From Elainellaceae cyanobacterium (lineage in GTDB: Bacteria > Cyanobacteriota > Cyanobacteriia > CAZCXK01), in NCBI GenBank assembly GCA_051117555.1, contig JBNPEG010000033.1:1-61108 (forward strand): a stretch of 61,108 bases of DNA, written 5' to 3'. Shown here in pieces: positions 10,593 through 20,581 of this stretch. A model generated the notes under the pieces. It saw only the letters and a list, made by a program, of their open reading frames with translations. It was not told the origin of the DNA and ran no database searches. Numbering within the stretch: the stretch's first letter is position 1; the number at the start of each line of letters is the position of its first letter. The position numbers and the translations under genes are program-made.

Positions 10593-11854
10593 GCAAACAC
10601 CTCAGTCGCTTGCCGGTCTTGCGCCCGCTGAGCCGCTTGACACAGCCGATCAATCTCAGCGGCTCGCTCAGGCTGCTGCAACTGATGATAGCTCTCCCGC
10701 GCTTTCGTCAGTTCCGAGAGTCCCTTTTCTAAATAGCCTTGAGACACCAGCACTCCACCCAATCCGGCACGGCTTTTAGCCATGCCCGGCTCATCCTTGA
10801 GATGGCTATAGAGGCGGAGAGCGTCGCGGTAATAAAGACGGGCATTCTCCCAGTCAGACAGCGTTTCGTGGGCGCGCCCAGTTTGAAACAGAGCGTTGGC
10901 ATGGGCTAGGGCATCATCTCCGGTGCTGAGCTGCCGAACGCTATTAAGCAAAAGCTGTAGCCCCTCTTGCCACTGACCTTCACGCACGAGGCGGCTACCC
11001 AAAATGGATTGAGTCGTCGGCAGTGCTTGCCAGATTTTCTGCCGGTCATAATGCTCTGGACTGATGGCATCAAGAGCCGTTTTATAAGCGCGTACTGCCT
11101 GGTCTAAATCTTCAGAATTCTGGCCGTGTTCATAGCGACGCGAGAGGGCATTGCCTAATCGATATTGGGAGTCAATAAAGTCAGGGCTACCTGGGACGGA
11201 AACCTCTAGCGCATCTTGGAGCAATGCAATTGCACTATCCAAGTCACTGAAGTTCTGAGTGAGTGAGGCTCGCTTCATTAACGCGTCTGCCAGATTGCTT
11301 TGATTTTCTGCCCACTTACAGGGAAATGCTTGCCGGGTGAAAATCTGGGCTGCTTGCTGGTACGTTGAGATAGCCTGCTCTAAATTATTAATCGGTTCGC
11401 CTTTGATACGCTCGCGGTAGGCGCTTGCTAGATTATGCTGTGTTTTTGCCCAGTGTTCTGGGAAAGCCTCTCGGGTATGAACCTGCAACGTCAATTCATA
11501 GGCCGCGATCGCGTTTTCTAAGTTCTCCGCCCGGTCGCCTCGGATGCGATTGTTATATGCAAGTCCCAAGTTGTTTTGTGTCAGTACCCAATCTTGTGGA
11601 AATGCCTCTCGGTTTCTAATCTGCAACGCGCGTTCATAGGCCGCGATCGCGTTTTCTAAGTTCTCCGCCCGATCGCATCCGAGGCGATCGCCATAAGCAT
11701 TGCCTATATTGACCTGTATCCCTGCCCATTGCTGTGGGAAAGCTCCACGGGCAAATACTTTTAAGGCAAGTTGCCCTGCTAAAAGACTCAGCTCCAGATT
11801 TTCGGGATGCCAATAAACGCCCTGCCCCCCAACCCTTGATAATCTACAATCCAA
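10589..11854 (-). pseudogene. 5'-truncated tetratricopeptide-repeat protein
   Basis: Repeats such as RAENLENAIAAYE.AL...REAFP..WA.TQ.NL. The ORF begins inside a Uma2 remnant and has no native start. Confidence 0.75.
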
Positions 11855-12217
11855 TATTCTGGGATGCCAAACAACGCATACTCCTCCACCTTGCGGGCAT
11901 AGTGGTTTCCCAATGGGTGCTGACCACCTCCACCACCCGTTTCACCGATGAACCCAGCACTACCACATCCGGACGGCGCGCCGTCGCCACATCTGAGAAA
12001 GGCCGCAGCAGGCAAGTCCGTGGAATAATCCATGAATATCCCTGGCGATCGCACTCAATGTTGAGCTTGCTAGCAATCTTTCCTGCAACTGCTTCATGAG
12101 AGCCCGTAGGTGACCTGTCGATCAGCTCTCCATCGCCAGCTCATACTGGGGGTTGTCTCCATAGCGGGCTAGAAATTCTTCAAAATTAAGAACCAGCGAT
12201 AGGGGGGTCTGCGTCAT
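11788..12217 (-). pseudogene. Frameshifted Uma2 family gene
   Basis: AGGAG RBS and ATG at 12217 (MTQTPLSLVLNFEEFLARY). Fragments RRPDVVV and YARKVEEYALFGIPEYWIVDY lie in different frames; 3' end lost. Confidence 0.8.
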
Positions 12218-12344
12218 GGTGCATTCTCCTTAGCCTCACTCGGCTCTGTATAGTCGCAGAAAGTGCGAATCCCCAGCTTCAGCACCCAGAGCACGACAAT
12301 AGTCAACAATAGTGGCGATCGCCGGTTTTTCACTATGAAATTCG

Positions 12345-12908
12345 CTATGAAAAAACTGATGCGAGGGGAGTGCTGAAGTTTGGGAGCAGCGGCGACGTGA
12401 GGACATCTCCCTCCAAGAGCGTTGCTGCAAGTTGAAGATAGGCATCGGTGCGACGATAGATTTCCAGCGTTTTTTGCTGCCAACTGACGATCCAATACTC
12501 CCGAACCCCATGCAGCGAATAGAGCTTCAGCTTCACCGCCTTGTCTCGTCGCTCATTGATCTCCCCAGGCGACAAGACCTCCACCATGAGTTCGGGCGCT
12601 ACCGTTAAATGCCCCGCTTCGTCTACCCCATTAGCAAGGCGATCGCGGCTAATCCATACGACATCTGGAATCACCGCATCTGCCTCCGTGAAAATCACCC
12701 CAGGAGTCTGAAATGCTCTCCCTAGCCCCGTTTGTGCTGACCAGAGTTGCAACTGGACATACAGTTTCCCGCCGGCATCTTGATGACGAATATGGGGAGC
12801 ACGCGTCACAAACAATTCTCCGTCAATGACTTCATAGCGTTTCCAGCCCCCATCGTCGGGCATGGCGTCGAGATCATGGATTGTCCAGCGCATCGGTTCA
12901 GAAACCAT
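12345..12908 (-). CDS. Uma2 (DUF820) family protein
   Basis: Start MVSEPMRWT at 12908; RYEVIDGEL, VIPDVVW, APELMVEVLSPG, GVREYWIV. Confidence 0.9.
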   Translation of the reverse strand: MVSEPMRWTIHDLDAMPDDGGWKRYEVIDGELFVTRAPHIRHQDAGGKLYVQLQLWSAQTGLGRAFQTPGVIFTEADAVIPDVVWISRDRLANGVDEAGHLTVAPELMVEVLSPGEINERRDKAVKLKLYSLHGVREYWIVSWQQKTLEIYRRTDAYLQLAATLLEGDVLTSPLLPNFSTPLASVFS

Positions 12909-12921
12909 AGCAGTGTGACCA

Positions 12922-12959
12922 ATTTTGGATTTTAGATTTTGGATTTTGGATTTTGGATT
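12922..12959. repeat. Heptamer tandem repeat (STRR-like), ATTTTGG x5
   Basis: ATTTTGG ATTTTAG ATTTTGG ATTTTGG ATTTTGG ATT. Confidence 0.85.
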
Positions 12960-13060
12960 GGCTGCTTTGCGGCTTTCGGCAACGTGTAGGGACATTCTAT
13001 AATTGCTCTTCTTTTTGATCATCGGCTGATATGGATGGCGATCGTTATTCTTTGCTATCT

Positions 13061-13132
13061 GTTGCGGGCGAAGCATTAGGTCAACGCGTGTGTGTTGACC
13101 CGAATGATGTCTGCCTAATGCTTCACCCCTCC
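13061..13132. repeat. REP-like inverted repeat, same family as 4609-4672
   Basis: GGGCGAAGCATTAGG...CCTAATGCTTCACCC, with inner hairpin GGTCAAC...GTTGACC. Confidence 0.65.
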
Positions 13133-13214
13133 GATATCCCGTTCTAATCGAACCGGACTATCTGCTGCCACCAAACGCTTTGCGGCTTCTGCCATATCGT
13201 TTTTTTGTTCTAGA

Positions 13215-14255
13215 TTACAGGGCGATTCCAGACCACGTTTCAATTGGCTCGGTAGATTTAACGAGATGCATTCCGGCATCTGCAAACCGCTGAAATGCAG
13301 CATCTGCTGAGTCAGTGAAGTCCACAACTCCCGGAACGACTACCGGAGATGTGCAGTCCTCCAGGAGATAAACCTTTTCAGCTAATTTGGCATCACGCGC
13401 TTGAATTTCGCTGAGCAGATCATCAATTGTCCATGCGACGCAGTGACTTTTAGCTTGTCCCGCAATGATTAACCGATCAACATCCAATAGCTTCTCGATA
13501 AACCGAGAATTTTTCTGGGCGATGGGCTGATGGTTTTGATTCTCCAGCACTTCAGGCTTCAAGACGGAATAGTTCTCCGTCAGGGGATTGCCCCCTTTGA
13601 TTTCAATATCCGCTTGACTTTTACGAGCGATCGTATGAAAGAAACAACTCTCCTCAACGGCTGACACCAGAGCATGCCCGATTCCACCCAGCATTGAATG
13701 GTAGGGCCAGATTGTTAGCGGATATTTGCTGTCGAGATTTAATGTGCGCACGTAGTGAATTGCATAGTTCTGTAATTCTTCGTAGTTGATGGTTTCGAGA
13801 TTGGGGGCGATCGCCGGATTAACCGTCCATTTCCCGTGTTCAACATCCTCATGAGAAATTGTTGTCATGGGTGCTGGGTGTTCACCTGCCTCATTCACCC
13901 AAAAAACGGGGTGAAAAATCTGCATCGCAGTATGAGTATCCATAGTCGGCGCAACTTCCGTAATGATCCCTAAGTTTCGATAGATGAACTCGCAGAGTCG
14001 CACATTATCGTCAACCGCTCCCATGCCTGAGCGTCCGCCCACAAAAAGTTCGTGATCGGGAATGCAAAACGTATTTTGTACATCAATCATCAGCAGACAG
14101 ATTCGAGTCTTGTCATGGGCTGCTGGTTTGATCTCATGGCGCATTGCCCAGGCATTTGCGTCGTCAGCACGCTGCTGATAGGGCACACGCCAGACTTCAC
14201 CAACCTTGGCTGAATCAAAGTGAGCAGGAATCGGATATTGCGTTTGAGTTGTCAT
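13215..14255 (-). CDS. Isochorismatase/nicotinamidase-like cysteine hydrolase
   Basis: [32 protein letters not shown]. Confidence 0.85.
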   Translation of the reverse strand: MTTQTQYPIPAHFDSAKVGEVWRVPYQQRADDANAWAMRHEIKPAAHDKTRICLLMIDVQNTFCIPDHELFVGGRSGMGAVDDNVRLCEFIYRNLGIITEVAPTMDTHTAMQIFHPVFWVNEAGEHPAPMTTISHEDVEHGKWTVNPAIAPNLETINYEELQNYAIHYVRTLNLDSKYPLTIWPYHSMLGGIGHALVSAVEESCFFHTIARKSQADIEIKGGNPLTENYSVLKPEVLENQNHQPIAQKNSRFIEKLLDVDRLIIAGQAKSHCVAWTIDDLLSEIQARDAKLAEKVYLLEDCTSPVVVPGVVDFTDSADAAFQRFADAGMHLVKSTEPIETWSGIAL

Positions 14256-14441
14256 TGCCAGTTACCTCAGTCCCCTTCTTTAAATAGGTCTTAGAACTAG
14301 GTCTTAGCAAGAAATATCAGCTTACACATCTTCCAAACGTAGAAAACTCAGAGGGCTCAATAGGTGTTTCAGGGAGGTAGGCTGCAAGTAGGTGATGCAT
14401 TCGCTAGGATGATTGCCGAAGAGCCTCTCTTTCCAATAGCC

Positions 14442-14767
14442 ACGCTAACCCTGACGCATCTGCTAGAAGAAGCCAAGTGCTATAACAGCGTACGCAACTG
14501 CGCTGGCCCGATGGAGCCGTTCAGTGCCCCCAGTGCGACTCCCATGAGGTGGTCCGCGACAAAGATGATGCTCATCCTCATCGCCAACGCTATGGCTGCA
14601 AAAGCTACCAGCGGCAGTTTGACGATTTGAGCGGTACAGTGTTCGCTGGGCGTCAGCAGCCGTTGCGGGTGTGGATGGGGTGCTTGTAACTGATGGGGCT
14701 AAACCTATCGAACCAGCAGATTGCTCAAGAGCTTGGTCTGAACAAAGATGACGTGCATCAAATTTAG
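14442..14767 (+). mobile_element. IS1595-family transposase relic (pseudogene)
   Basis: Hand translation LTHLLEEAKCYNSVR / LRWPDGAVQCPQCDSH...RQRYGCK...FDDLSGTVFAG...L*LMGLNLSNQQIAQELGL. Frameshift near 14495, stop at 14687, DDE domain absent. Confidence 0.8.
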
Positions 14768-14821
14768 AGACTCTGCTAAGTTAGCTCCCCGGAATCCATA
14801 GTGAGCCAAAAAATAAGACTA

Positions 14822-16540
14822 TTAGGTACTACCTCCTGACATCAGATTAGACAAACTCAGAAGCGCACCCGCCGCTTTATGGAATGAAGCTTGCGCTTGC
14901 TCAAACAGTTGGGTTGTCCATCGTTGAGATTGTAAAAAGACACGGGCACAGTTGCGTCCAGGCATCCCTGAAATAGAGCCACCCGGATGAGTGCCTGCTC
15001 CGGTTAAATATAGACCGGAGATGGGGGTTTTATAGTTGGCAATTTCTGGCAAAGGACGCAAAAAAATCATCTGCTCAAGCGTCATGTCGATATGGTAGTA
15101 GTTGCCCTTGAACGATCCTAGGCGGGCGCCCAGTTCGGCAGGGCTTTCAACTCGCCGTGCCATAATTGAGCGCTTAAGATTTGGGGCATAGTCCGCTAGT
15201 TTATCAATAACGCGGTCGGCGACTTGATGCTTGAGCTCGTGCGTCCAGCCTGTTCCATGTAGTCCAGTCCCTTCCGCTCCAGCAATTTGATAAGGGGCAA
15301 AAAACTCAATCCACAAGGTGTGTTTGCCATCAGGAGCCATCGACGGATCGAGCATGGTAGGCACGACCGCATACATTGAAGGATTGCGGTCTGGGATTTC
15401 TCCCACAATCGGGAGGGCATGGGCCTCTTCTACATGACGCACCGAATCTGCGATCAGAACAGACCCGATTAAATAATCATCCTGATGCTGGTGATGTTCA
15501 AATCGGGGAGCTTCGGACAGAGCACAGTCAATTTTGAGGATGGTTTCGTTATTATTCACAATGCGGCGGTCAAGGCGATCGCGCAAATTTGGATCGGCAG
15601 CATCCACGTCGCCTGCATCCATGCATTGCAAAAATAATCGCTTCGCATCGATATTGGAGATGACTCCGCACTTGGCTCGATATTCACTGCCGTCTGAGGT
15701 GCGTATACCAACGGCGCGTCCATTGTCAATTAACACATGCTCAACGGTTTTCCCGGTCAAGACCGTTCCACCTCGGTGTTTAATCAGATTGAGCAATGCT
15801 TGAACCAGTGCGCCTGTGCCACCTTTCGGTCGAGCCATGCCGGGATGGTGACGCATCGACATCATCATCCCACCAAGAGCGTTAGTTTTCTGAGAAGGGG
15901 GAACGCCAATTTCGGCGGCAAGCCGAGCGAGAGGGGCTTTAACAACTTCTGAGTCAAACCACTCATTGAGGCTATCTTCGGCACTCATCATCATGGTGCG
16001 GATGAAATCAAGTGCCTGATTGACTCCCCCAACTACTGATAGAGCATCTTTTAAGGAATGGTAACCATAGTGATTAGCAATTTCTAACACCGACTTAGGA
16101 GGCGCATTAAAGATAGGAACTAATGCGCTGGTGCAGGTCTGCCAATATTGAATAAATTCTGCATACTTACGAGCATCGCGATCGCTATATCGGGCGATTT
16201 CGGCACAGGTTTTCTCGACCGAACGATGTGCCAAGAACGACCTGCCATCCGACTGGGGACAAAACACAACCGGATCGCAATATAAATACTGCAAACCGTA
16301 TCGAGCCAGGTCTAGTTCTTGAACAATAGGTCCTAAATGAATAAATTCATGGTCGATTGCACACAAATTAAAATGAAACCCTGGAGCTTCGTCAGGAAGA
16401 CACTCTTCCGTTGTTGCTGCCCCACCCGGAACAGACCGTTTTTCTACTAATGCTACGCTATATCCGGCTTTCAAGAGATAAGACGCACACACTAAACCGT
16501 TATGCCCTGCGCCAATAATGACGACATCGTACTCTTGCAT
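14822..16540 (-). CDS. crtO: Beta-carotene ketolase, CrtO type
   Basis: IIGAGHNGLVCA FAD motif, FNLCAIDHEFIHLGP, NNNETILKIDCAL, GAGTHPGGSISGMPGRNCA. Confidence 0.9.
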   Translation of the reverse strand: MQEYDVVIIGAGHNGLVCASYLLKAGYSVALVEKRSVPGGAATTEECLPDEAPGFHFNLCAIDHEFIHLGPIVQELDLARYGLQYLYCDPVVFCPQSDGRSFLAHRSVEKTCAEIARYSDRDARKYAEFIQYWQTCTSALVPIFNAPPKSVLEIANHYGYHSLKDALSVVGGVNQALDFIRTMMMSAEDSLNEWFDSEVVKAPLARLAAEIGVPPSQKTNALGGMMMSMRHHPGMARPKGGTGALVQALLNLIKHRGGTVLTGKTVEHVLIDNGRAVGIRTSDGSEYRAKCGVISNIDAKRLFLQCMDAGDVDAADPNLRDRLDRRIVNNNETILKIDCALSEAPRFEHHQHQDDYLIGSVLIADSVRHVEEAHALPIVGEIPDRNPSMYAVVPTMLDPSMAPDGKHTLWIEFFAPYQIAGAEGTGLHGTGWTHELKHQVADRVIDKLADYAPNLKRSIMARRVESPAELGARLGSFKGNYYHIDMTLEQMIFLRPLPEIANYKTPISGLYLTGAGTHPGGSISGMPGRNCARVFLQSQRWTTQLFEQAQASFHKAAGALLSLSNLMSGGST

Positions 16541-16546
16541 ATGATC

Positions 16547-16900
16547 TCAATTACCAAACTGCTGAGCTTTAATTTGATCCGTTTTTGCTGCCATGATGAA
16601 ATCATTGCGATGCAGCCCTTCGATGGCGTGAGTCCACCAAGTCACTGTTACTTTTCCCCATTCTGTCAGCAAAGCAGGATGATGCCCTTCCTTTTCGGCC
16701 TCTTCACCAATAGCGTCCGTAAATGCGAGAGCCTGCTTGAAATTTGGAAACGTGTAAACTCTTTCTAAGCGCGATGCACCGTCGTGATCGACAATCGACC
16801 AATCAGGAATTTGTGGCTTGAGAGTTTCAATGTCCTCAGGTGTAACGGGCGGAGAATTGCCTGTACAGGGCGTGCATTTTTGCTCAGATATGCTTGTCAT
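16547..16900 (-). CDS. phhB: Pterin-4-alpha-carbinolamine dehydratase
   Basis: [29 protein letters not shown]. Confidence 0.9.
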   Translation of the reverse strand: MTSISEQKCTPCTGNSPPVTPEDIETLKPQIPDWSIVDHDGASRLERVYTFPNFKQALAFTDAIGEEAEKEGHHPALLTEWGKVTVTWWTHAIEGLHRNDFIMAAKTDQIKAQQFGN

Positions 16901-16993
16901 AACCCATCTCTATTTATCTTTAGAGTATTTTATCTTTCCTAAAAGGCTTCAATAATTTTAATGAAATCAACCCAAGTGCATTAGATGGAAGCA

Positions 16994-17106
16994 TATAGCA
17001 ATTCCAAATCAACTGTGGAAAAATCCAAAGGGGTTTGGGGACGAAGTCCCTAAGAAAGGGGCAATGCCACCTCCACCCCTATTAAGAGTCATTTAGGATT
17101 GCTATA
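16994..17106. mobile_element. TATAGC-ended MITE (family A variant)
   Basis: TATAGCAATTCCAAAT...ATTTAGGATTGCTATA TIRs around a GC-rich core. Confidence 0.75.
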
Positions 17107-17442
17107 TAAAGGATGGGATAGTGGCTTTAGTATTAAAAAATTTGAACTAGTTTGAGATTGATATTTCTCTAAGCTTAGAATTTAACAACTAAAAAGCGTT
17201 TGAAAATCTGTCTGTAGTCTTAAGTTTGATCGTTGAAAATAGTTGTTTTTGTACTATTAGGTATGTGTGCGCAGCAGCTTCTCGTCGATAAAGCTATGTG
17301 CCATAGGCGCAACGTCTACTCTGCATTTGAGCATAGAGGCTGGGCTATAGCCAACCAAGAGGTGTAGCATAACGGGCGTGGCTAACGATAAAGCGGGAAT
17401 GGAAATCGCGTTGCCCAAGGTTTTTTACGGTGAGTGTGTATC

Positions 17443-17530
17443 TATAGCGATCCTAAATCGCTTGTGAATTGTGTGAGAGCGGTGGGGCGCCGCCCCACCC
17501 ACGGCTCTCAACCCATTTGGGATTGCTATA
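17443..17530. mobile_element. TATAGC-ended MITE, family A
   Basis: TATAGCGATCCTAAAT...ATTTGGGATTGCTATA; core palindrome GGTGGGGCGCCGCCCCACC; closely similar to 27390-27475. Confidence 0.8.
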
Positions 17531-17531
17531 T

Positions 17532-18206
17532 TTATCGCTTATCGACCCACTGTTTGAATGGTTGATAGTATTTGCGCGCGATCGCCGGTAGGATTGAGAG
17601 GCCAATTAACACTATCAATGCCAAAATAAATGCTGTTATTTCCTCTCCTCGCATTGCTTCACTACCCGTTACTCCGAGCCACGTATAGGCTAATGTGCCC
17701 GGAATAATACCGACTGCTGTTCCGATAATGTAGGGCTTAATCGCAATTGAGGTCAGCCCTAATAAGAAGTTCACAATATTAAACGGCGAAATGGGCGTAA
17801 ATCGAATCGCTAGAACGCATGAGACCGCGTCGCATGTCACAGCCTGATTGAGCCACTCCAATGCTCGATGCCGTCCAAAGCGGCGCTCGATCCAATCTCG
17901 CAGTAGATATCGAGCAATGATAAACGCAACGATCGCTCCCAGAGTTGCTCCCATGACTGACCAAACGGTTCCCCAGACCAAACCGAAAACAGCCCCTCCG
18001 ACAATTACTAAGACCGTACCAGGAAGACCGACAGCAGCGGCAATGACATGAGCTAAGAGGAAGGTTTTAACGGAATACTGCTCCAAACCGTCAAACTTGC
18101 TGACTAATACGTCTACATCAAACAATGTTTGCAAGGGGCTGAGCATGCAAACCAAAACGATACCTAGGAAAAACAATAGTCCTACTAGTTTTTTTGAAAT
18201 TTGCAT
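17532..18206 (-). CDS. TVP38/TMEM64 (DedA/VTT) family membrane protein
   Basis: LPGT...GGAVFG...GATLGA...IARYL; RFTPISPFNIVNF; GIIPGT. Confidence 0.9.
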   Translation of the reverse strand: MQISKKLVGLLFFLGIVLVCMLSPLQTLFDVDVLVSKFDGLEQYSVKTFLLAHVIAAAVGLPGTVLVIVGGAVFGLVWGTVWSVMGATLGAIVAFIIARYLLRDWIERRFGRHRALEWLNQAVTCDAVSCVLAIRFTPISPFNIVNFLLGLTSIAIKPYIIGTAVGIIPGTLAYTWLGVTGSEAMRGEEITAFILALIVLIGLSILPAIARKYYQPFKQWVDKR

Positions 18207-18216
18207 TGGGAGTCTG

Positions 18217-18260
18217 TTAGATCGCTAAACCTTAGATCGCTAAACCTTAGATCGCTAAAC
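18217..18260. repeat. 15-bp tandem repeat x3
   Basis: TTAGATCGCTAAACC x3 (last copy 14 nt), just upstream of the DedA start. Confidence 0.9.
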
Positions 18261-18380
18261 TGCAAGCTGTTGCGTTTCCAAGACAACACGTCTACTCCTA
18301 AATTTCTACAGAAAAATATTGCAAAAAGAGGATATGGCAAAAAGGGGCGATCGCCTAACGCGAGGTCAAACATTTCGCGA

Positions 18381-18474
18381 TATAGCCCTACGGGCTTAGG
18401 TCTGTGTGGTGAGCCCCCGCGCCGCGGGGGCTCACCACACGTTCAACGTCCTAACGCGAGAGCGTACGGCTATA
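18381..18474 (+). mobile_element. TATAGC-ended MITE, family B
   Basis: TATAGCCCTACG...CGTACGGCTATA with core GTGAGCCCCCGCGCCGCGGGGGCTCAC. Related copies at 33176, 47121 and (degenerate) 27282. Confidence 0.85.
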
Positions 18475-18703
18475 TCAAACATTTAAAGAAGCCTTGCAAT
18501 CTGAATATCTGGATAGGGGTTAAATTCTAATCTTTAATTTCATGGATGAGAATGAAATTTTCCTGAGACTGATCTAGGAGTCTCCTGAGAACACTATTAA
18601 TTCTCAAACGCATCACTCACAAGACGCCGGTAGGGACGCAGTGCAATAGTGTGATCTAGTATTTAGCGCTTAGCATATAGCCTTTAGAACTTAGCAATCC
18701 TAA

Positions 18704-20581
18704 TCATGAAGCTGGTTGCCATACTTTGATGGTTTTGTCTGAGCTAGCGCTAACCAACACTCGCCCATTTGGGCTGAAGGCAACGGATCGAATAGGACGC
18801 GTGTGGCTAGACAACGGCGGACATAATCGTCTACGGCGTTGAATGTTCCAGAGTTCTACAACTCGACCACTGGCACTCGCTAAAATTTGTCCGTCAGGGC
18901 TAAAACAAATGGCTGCAATAGGCCCTGCTTGATGCGAGGTTAGCGGAACTTGTTTGCCTCGGCGCAAATCCCAAAGTTCGATGCTGGTTCCACCGGCGAT
19001 CGCCAACTGCACCCCAATTGGGCTAAACTCAACAGCTGTAATACTTCCAAACTGATAGGTTAGAGATTCTTGTCGCTGATATTTAATGGGGTTCCATAGC
19101 TCAACGGTGCCATCCAAGCTGCCAACTGCCAGAATACGTCCATTGGGGCTAAATGCGAGCGATCGCACAGCCTTTGCAGTCGCTGACAGTGGACGGAGTA
19201 AGGTTCCAGTCCGAGCTGCCCACAGATTAATGGCAGTGCCGCTCGCACTCACCAACACTTGGCTATTCGTACTAAATGCGAGAGCTTGAACCGGCTCGGG
19301 CTGCCGAGGCAATGTGCGGAGCAGTTGACCACTTGGCATTGCCCACAATTTGATCGTGCGATCAAAACTGCCGGTCGCCAGTAATTGCCCATCCGGACTA
19401 ACTGCTACTGCTGTCACTCGGTTTGAATGTTCGGTCAGAGTAGATTGCAAAATTCCTCGGGGCATCGACCAGAGCTTGATGGTGCTATCGTAGCTGCCAC
19501 TGACCAGAAGCTGACTGTCAGGGGTTAGGGCGATCGCCCTAACCTGATCTCGATGGTCAGAGAGCGTCCTTAGGAGTCGGACATTTTGCCAAGCCTGGAT
19601 CGGCAAGGGCGGTAGATCAGGTTTTTCCGGACTGCTCACTAGCGCCGATGATGACCAGATTCGTCCCGGCGTCGAGTTGTCTACATAAATGAGTGACGCC
19701 AACCGCTGCAAAATAATTTGTGCCGACTGGGGACGATTTCCAGGAAACGGTTCCATTAAATCATCGAGCAAATTTGCCAACGGAGCGGAGACATGAGGAG
19801 CCGCTTCTCGCCAATTAAGCCGACCTGTACGATTATCAATTTGAAAATCAACCGGATGCTTCGCCGTAAGCAGATGCACCATCGTCCGTCCAAGGGCAAA
19901 AAAATCTGACTGCGGAACCGCGCGCCCCTCTGCTTGCTCATGGGGCGTATATCCTGCAGCAAAAATTCGGGTTCCAGTCATTCCATCCGTTCGATCGTTG
20001 AGCAAATAGGTTGCCGTAATTTCTCTAACCGCTCCAAAATCAATGAGTACTAATTGCCCATCGGGTCGGAGAATGATGTTTGGCGGTTTAATATCACGAT
20101 GGATTAAGTCACGCTGATGAATCTGATCTAGAATACGAGCCAATTGAAATAACCATGCAATGCCCTGTTTCTCAGAGATCGGGTGATTTTGTCGACGCTT
20201 CAACCATATTCTCAGCGTTGGGCCACTGATTTTCTCCATCACCAAGCAATAAAAGGGGTCATCGCTGTCTTCAGGCCACCTAAAATATCCGTCTGAATTA
20301 ACTCTTGGAATACCGGAATGCTGTAGCTGACTGAGTACTCGGGCTTCCCGCCGAAACAAGTCAATGGATTTTTGCCGAATCTCAGGGTCATAGAAGCCTC
20401 GGAGATCCAATACTTTCATAACTTTTTGGCATCGGCGATCACTGTCTGTCGTTGCAGCACAAACTTCATCCAAGACCTCAAATGTTTGACCAAAGCCACC
20501 CCGACCGATTGCCCTGATGACTCGATAGCGTTCATAGATAAGCGTACCTAGTTCCAGCATGGCAACGTCGAGATGGATCAT
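18704..20581 (-). CDS. Ser/Thr protein kinase with C-terminal WD40 propeller
   Basis: GRGGFG, VMK, HRDIKPPN and DFG motifs; about 7 WD40 repeats (e.g. SGSYDSTIKLW). Confidence 0.93.
   Translation of the reverse strand: MIHLDVAMLELGTLIYERYRVIRAIGRGGFGQTFEVLDEVCAATTDSDRRCQKVMKVLDLRGFYDPEIRQKSIDLFRREARVLSQLQHSGIPRVNSDGYFRWPEDSDDPFYCLVMEKISGPTLRIWLKRRQNHPISEKQGIAWLFQLARILDQIHQRDLIHRDIKPPNIILRPDGQLVLIDFGAVREITATYLLNDRTDGMTGTRIFAAGYTPHEQAEGRAVPQSDFFALGRTMVHLLTAKHPVDFQIDNRTGRLNWREAAPHVSAPLANLLDDLMEPFPGNRPQSAQIILQRLASLIYVDNSTPGRIWSSSALVSSPEKPDLPPLPIQAWQNVRLLRTLSDHRDQVRAIALTPDSQLLVSGSYDSTIKLWSMPRGILQSTLTEHSNRVTAVAVSPDGQLLATGSFDRTIKLWAMPSGQLLRTLPRQPEPVQALAFSTNSQVLVSASGTAINLWAARTGTLLRPLSATAKAVRSLAFSPNGRILAVGSLDGTVELWNPIKYQRQESLTYQFGSITAVEFSPIGVQLAIAGGTSIELWDLRRGKQVPLTSHQAGPIAAICFSPDGQILASASGRVVELWNIQRRRRLCPPLSSHTRPIRSVAFSPNGRVLVSASSDKTIKVWQPAS

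Noticed and set aside
18201..18530. Apparent small-protein family (ORFs 18201-18530, 33087-33437, 46974-47192) sharing YSPTGLGLCGE/RAYGY-type peptides
   Set aside because: The similarity is just translation of family B MITE copies.
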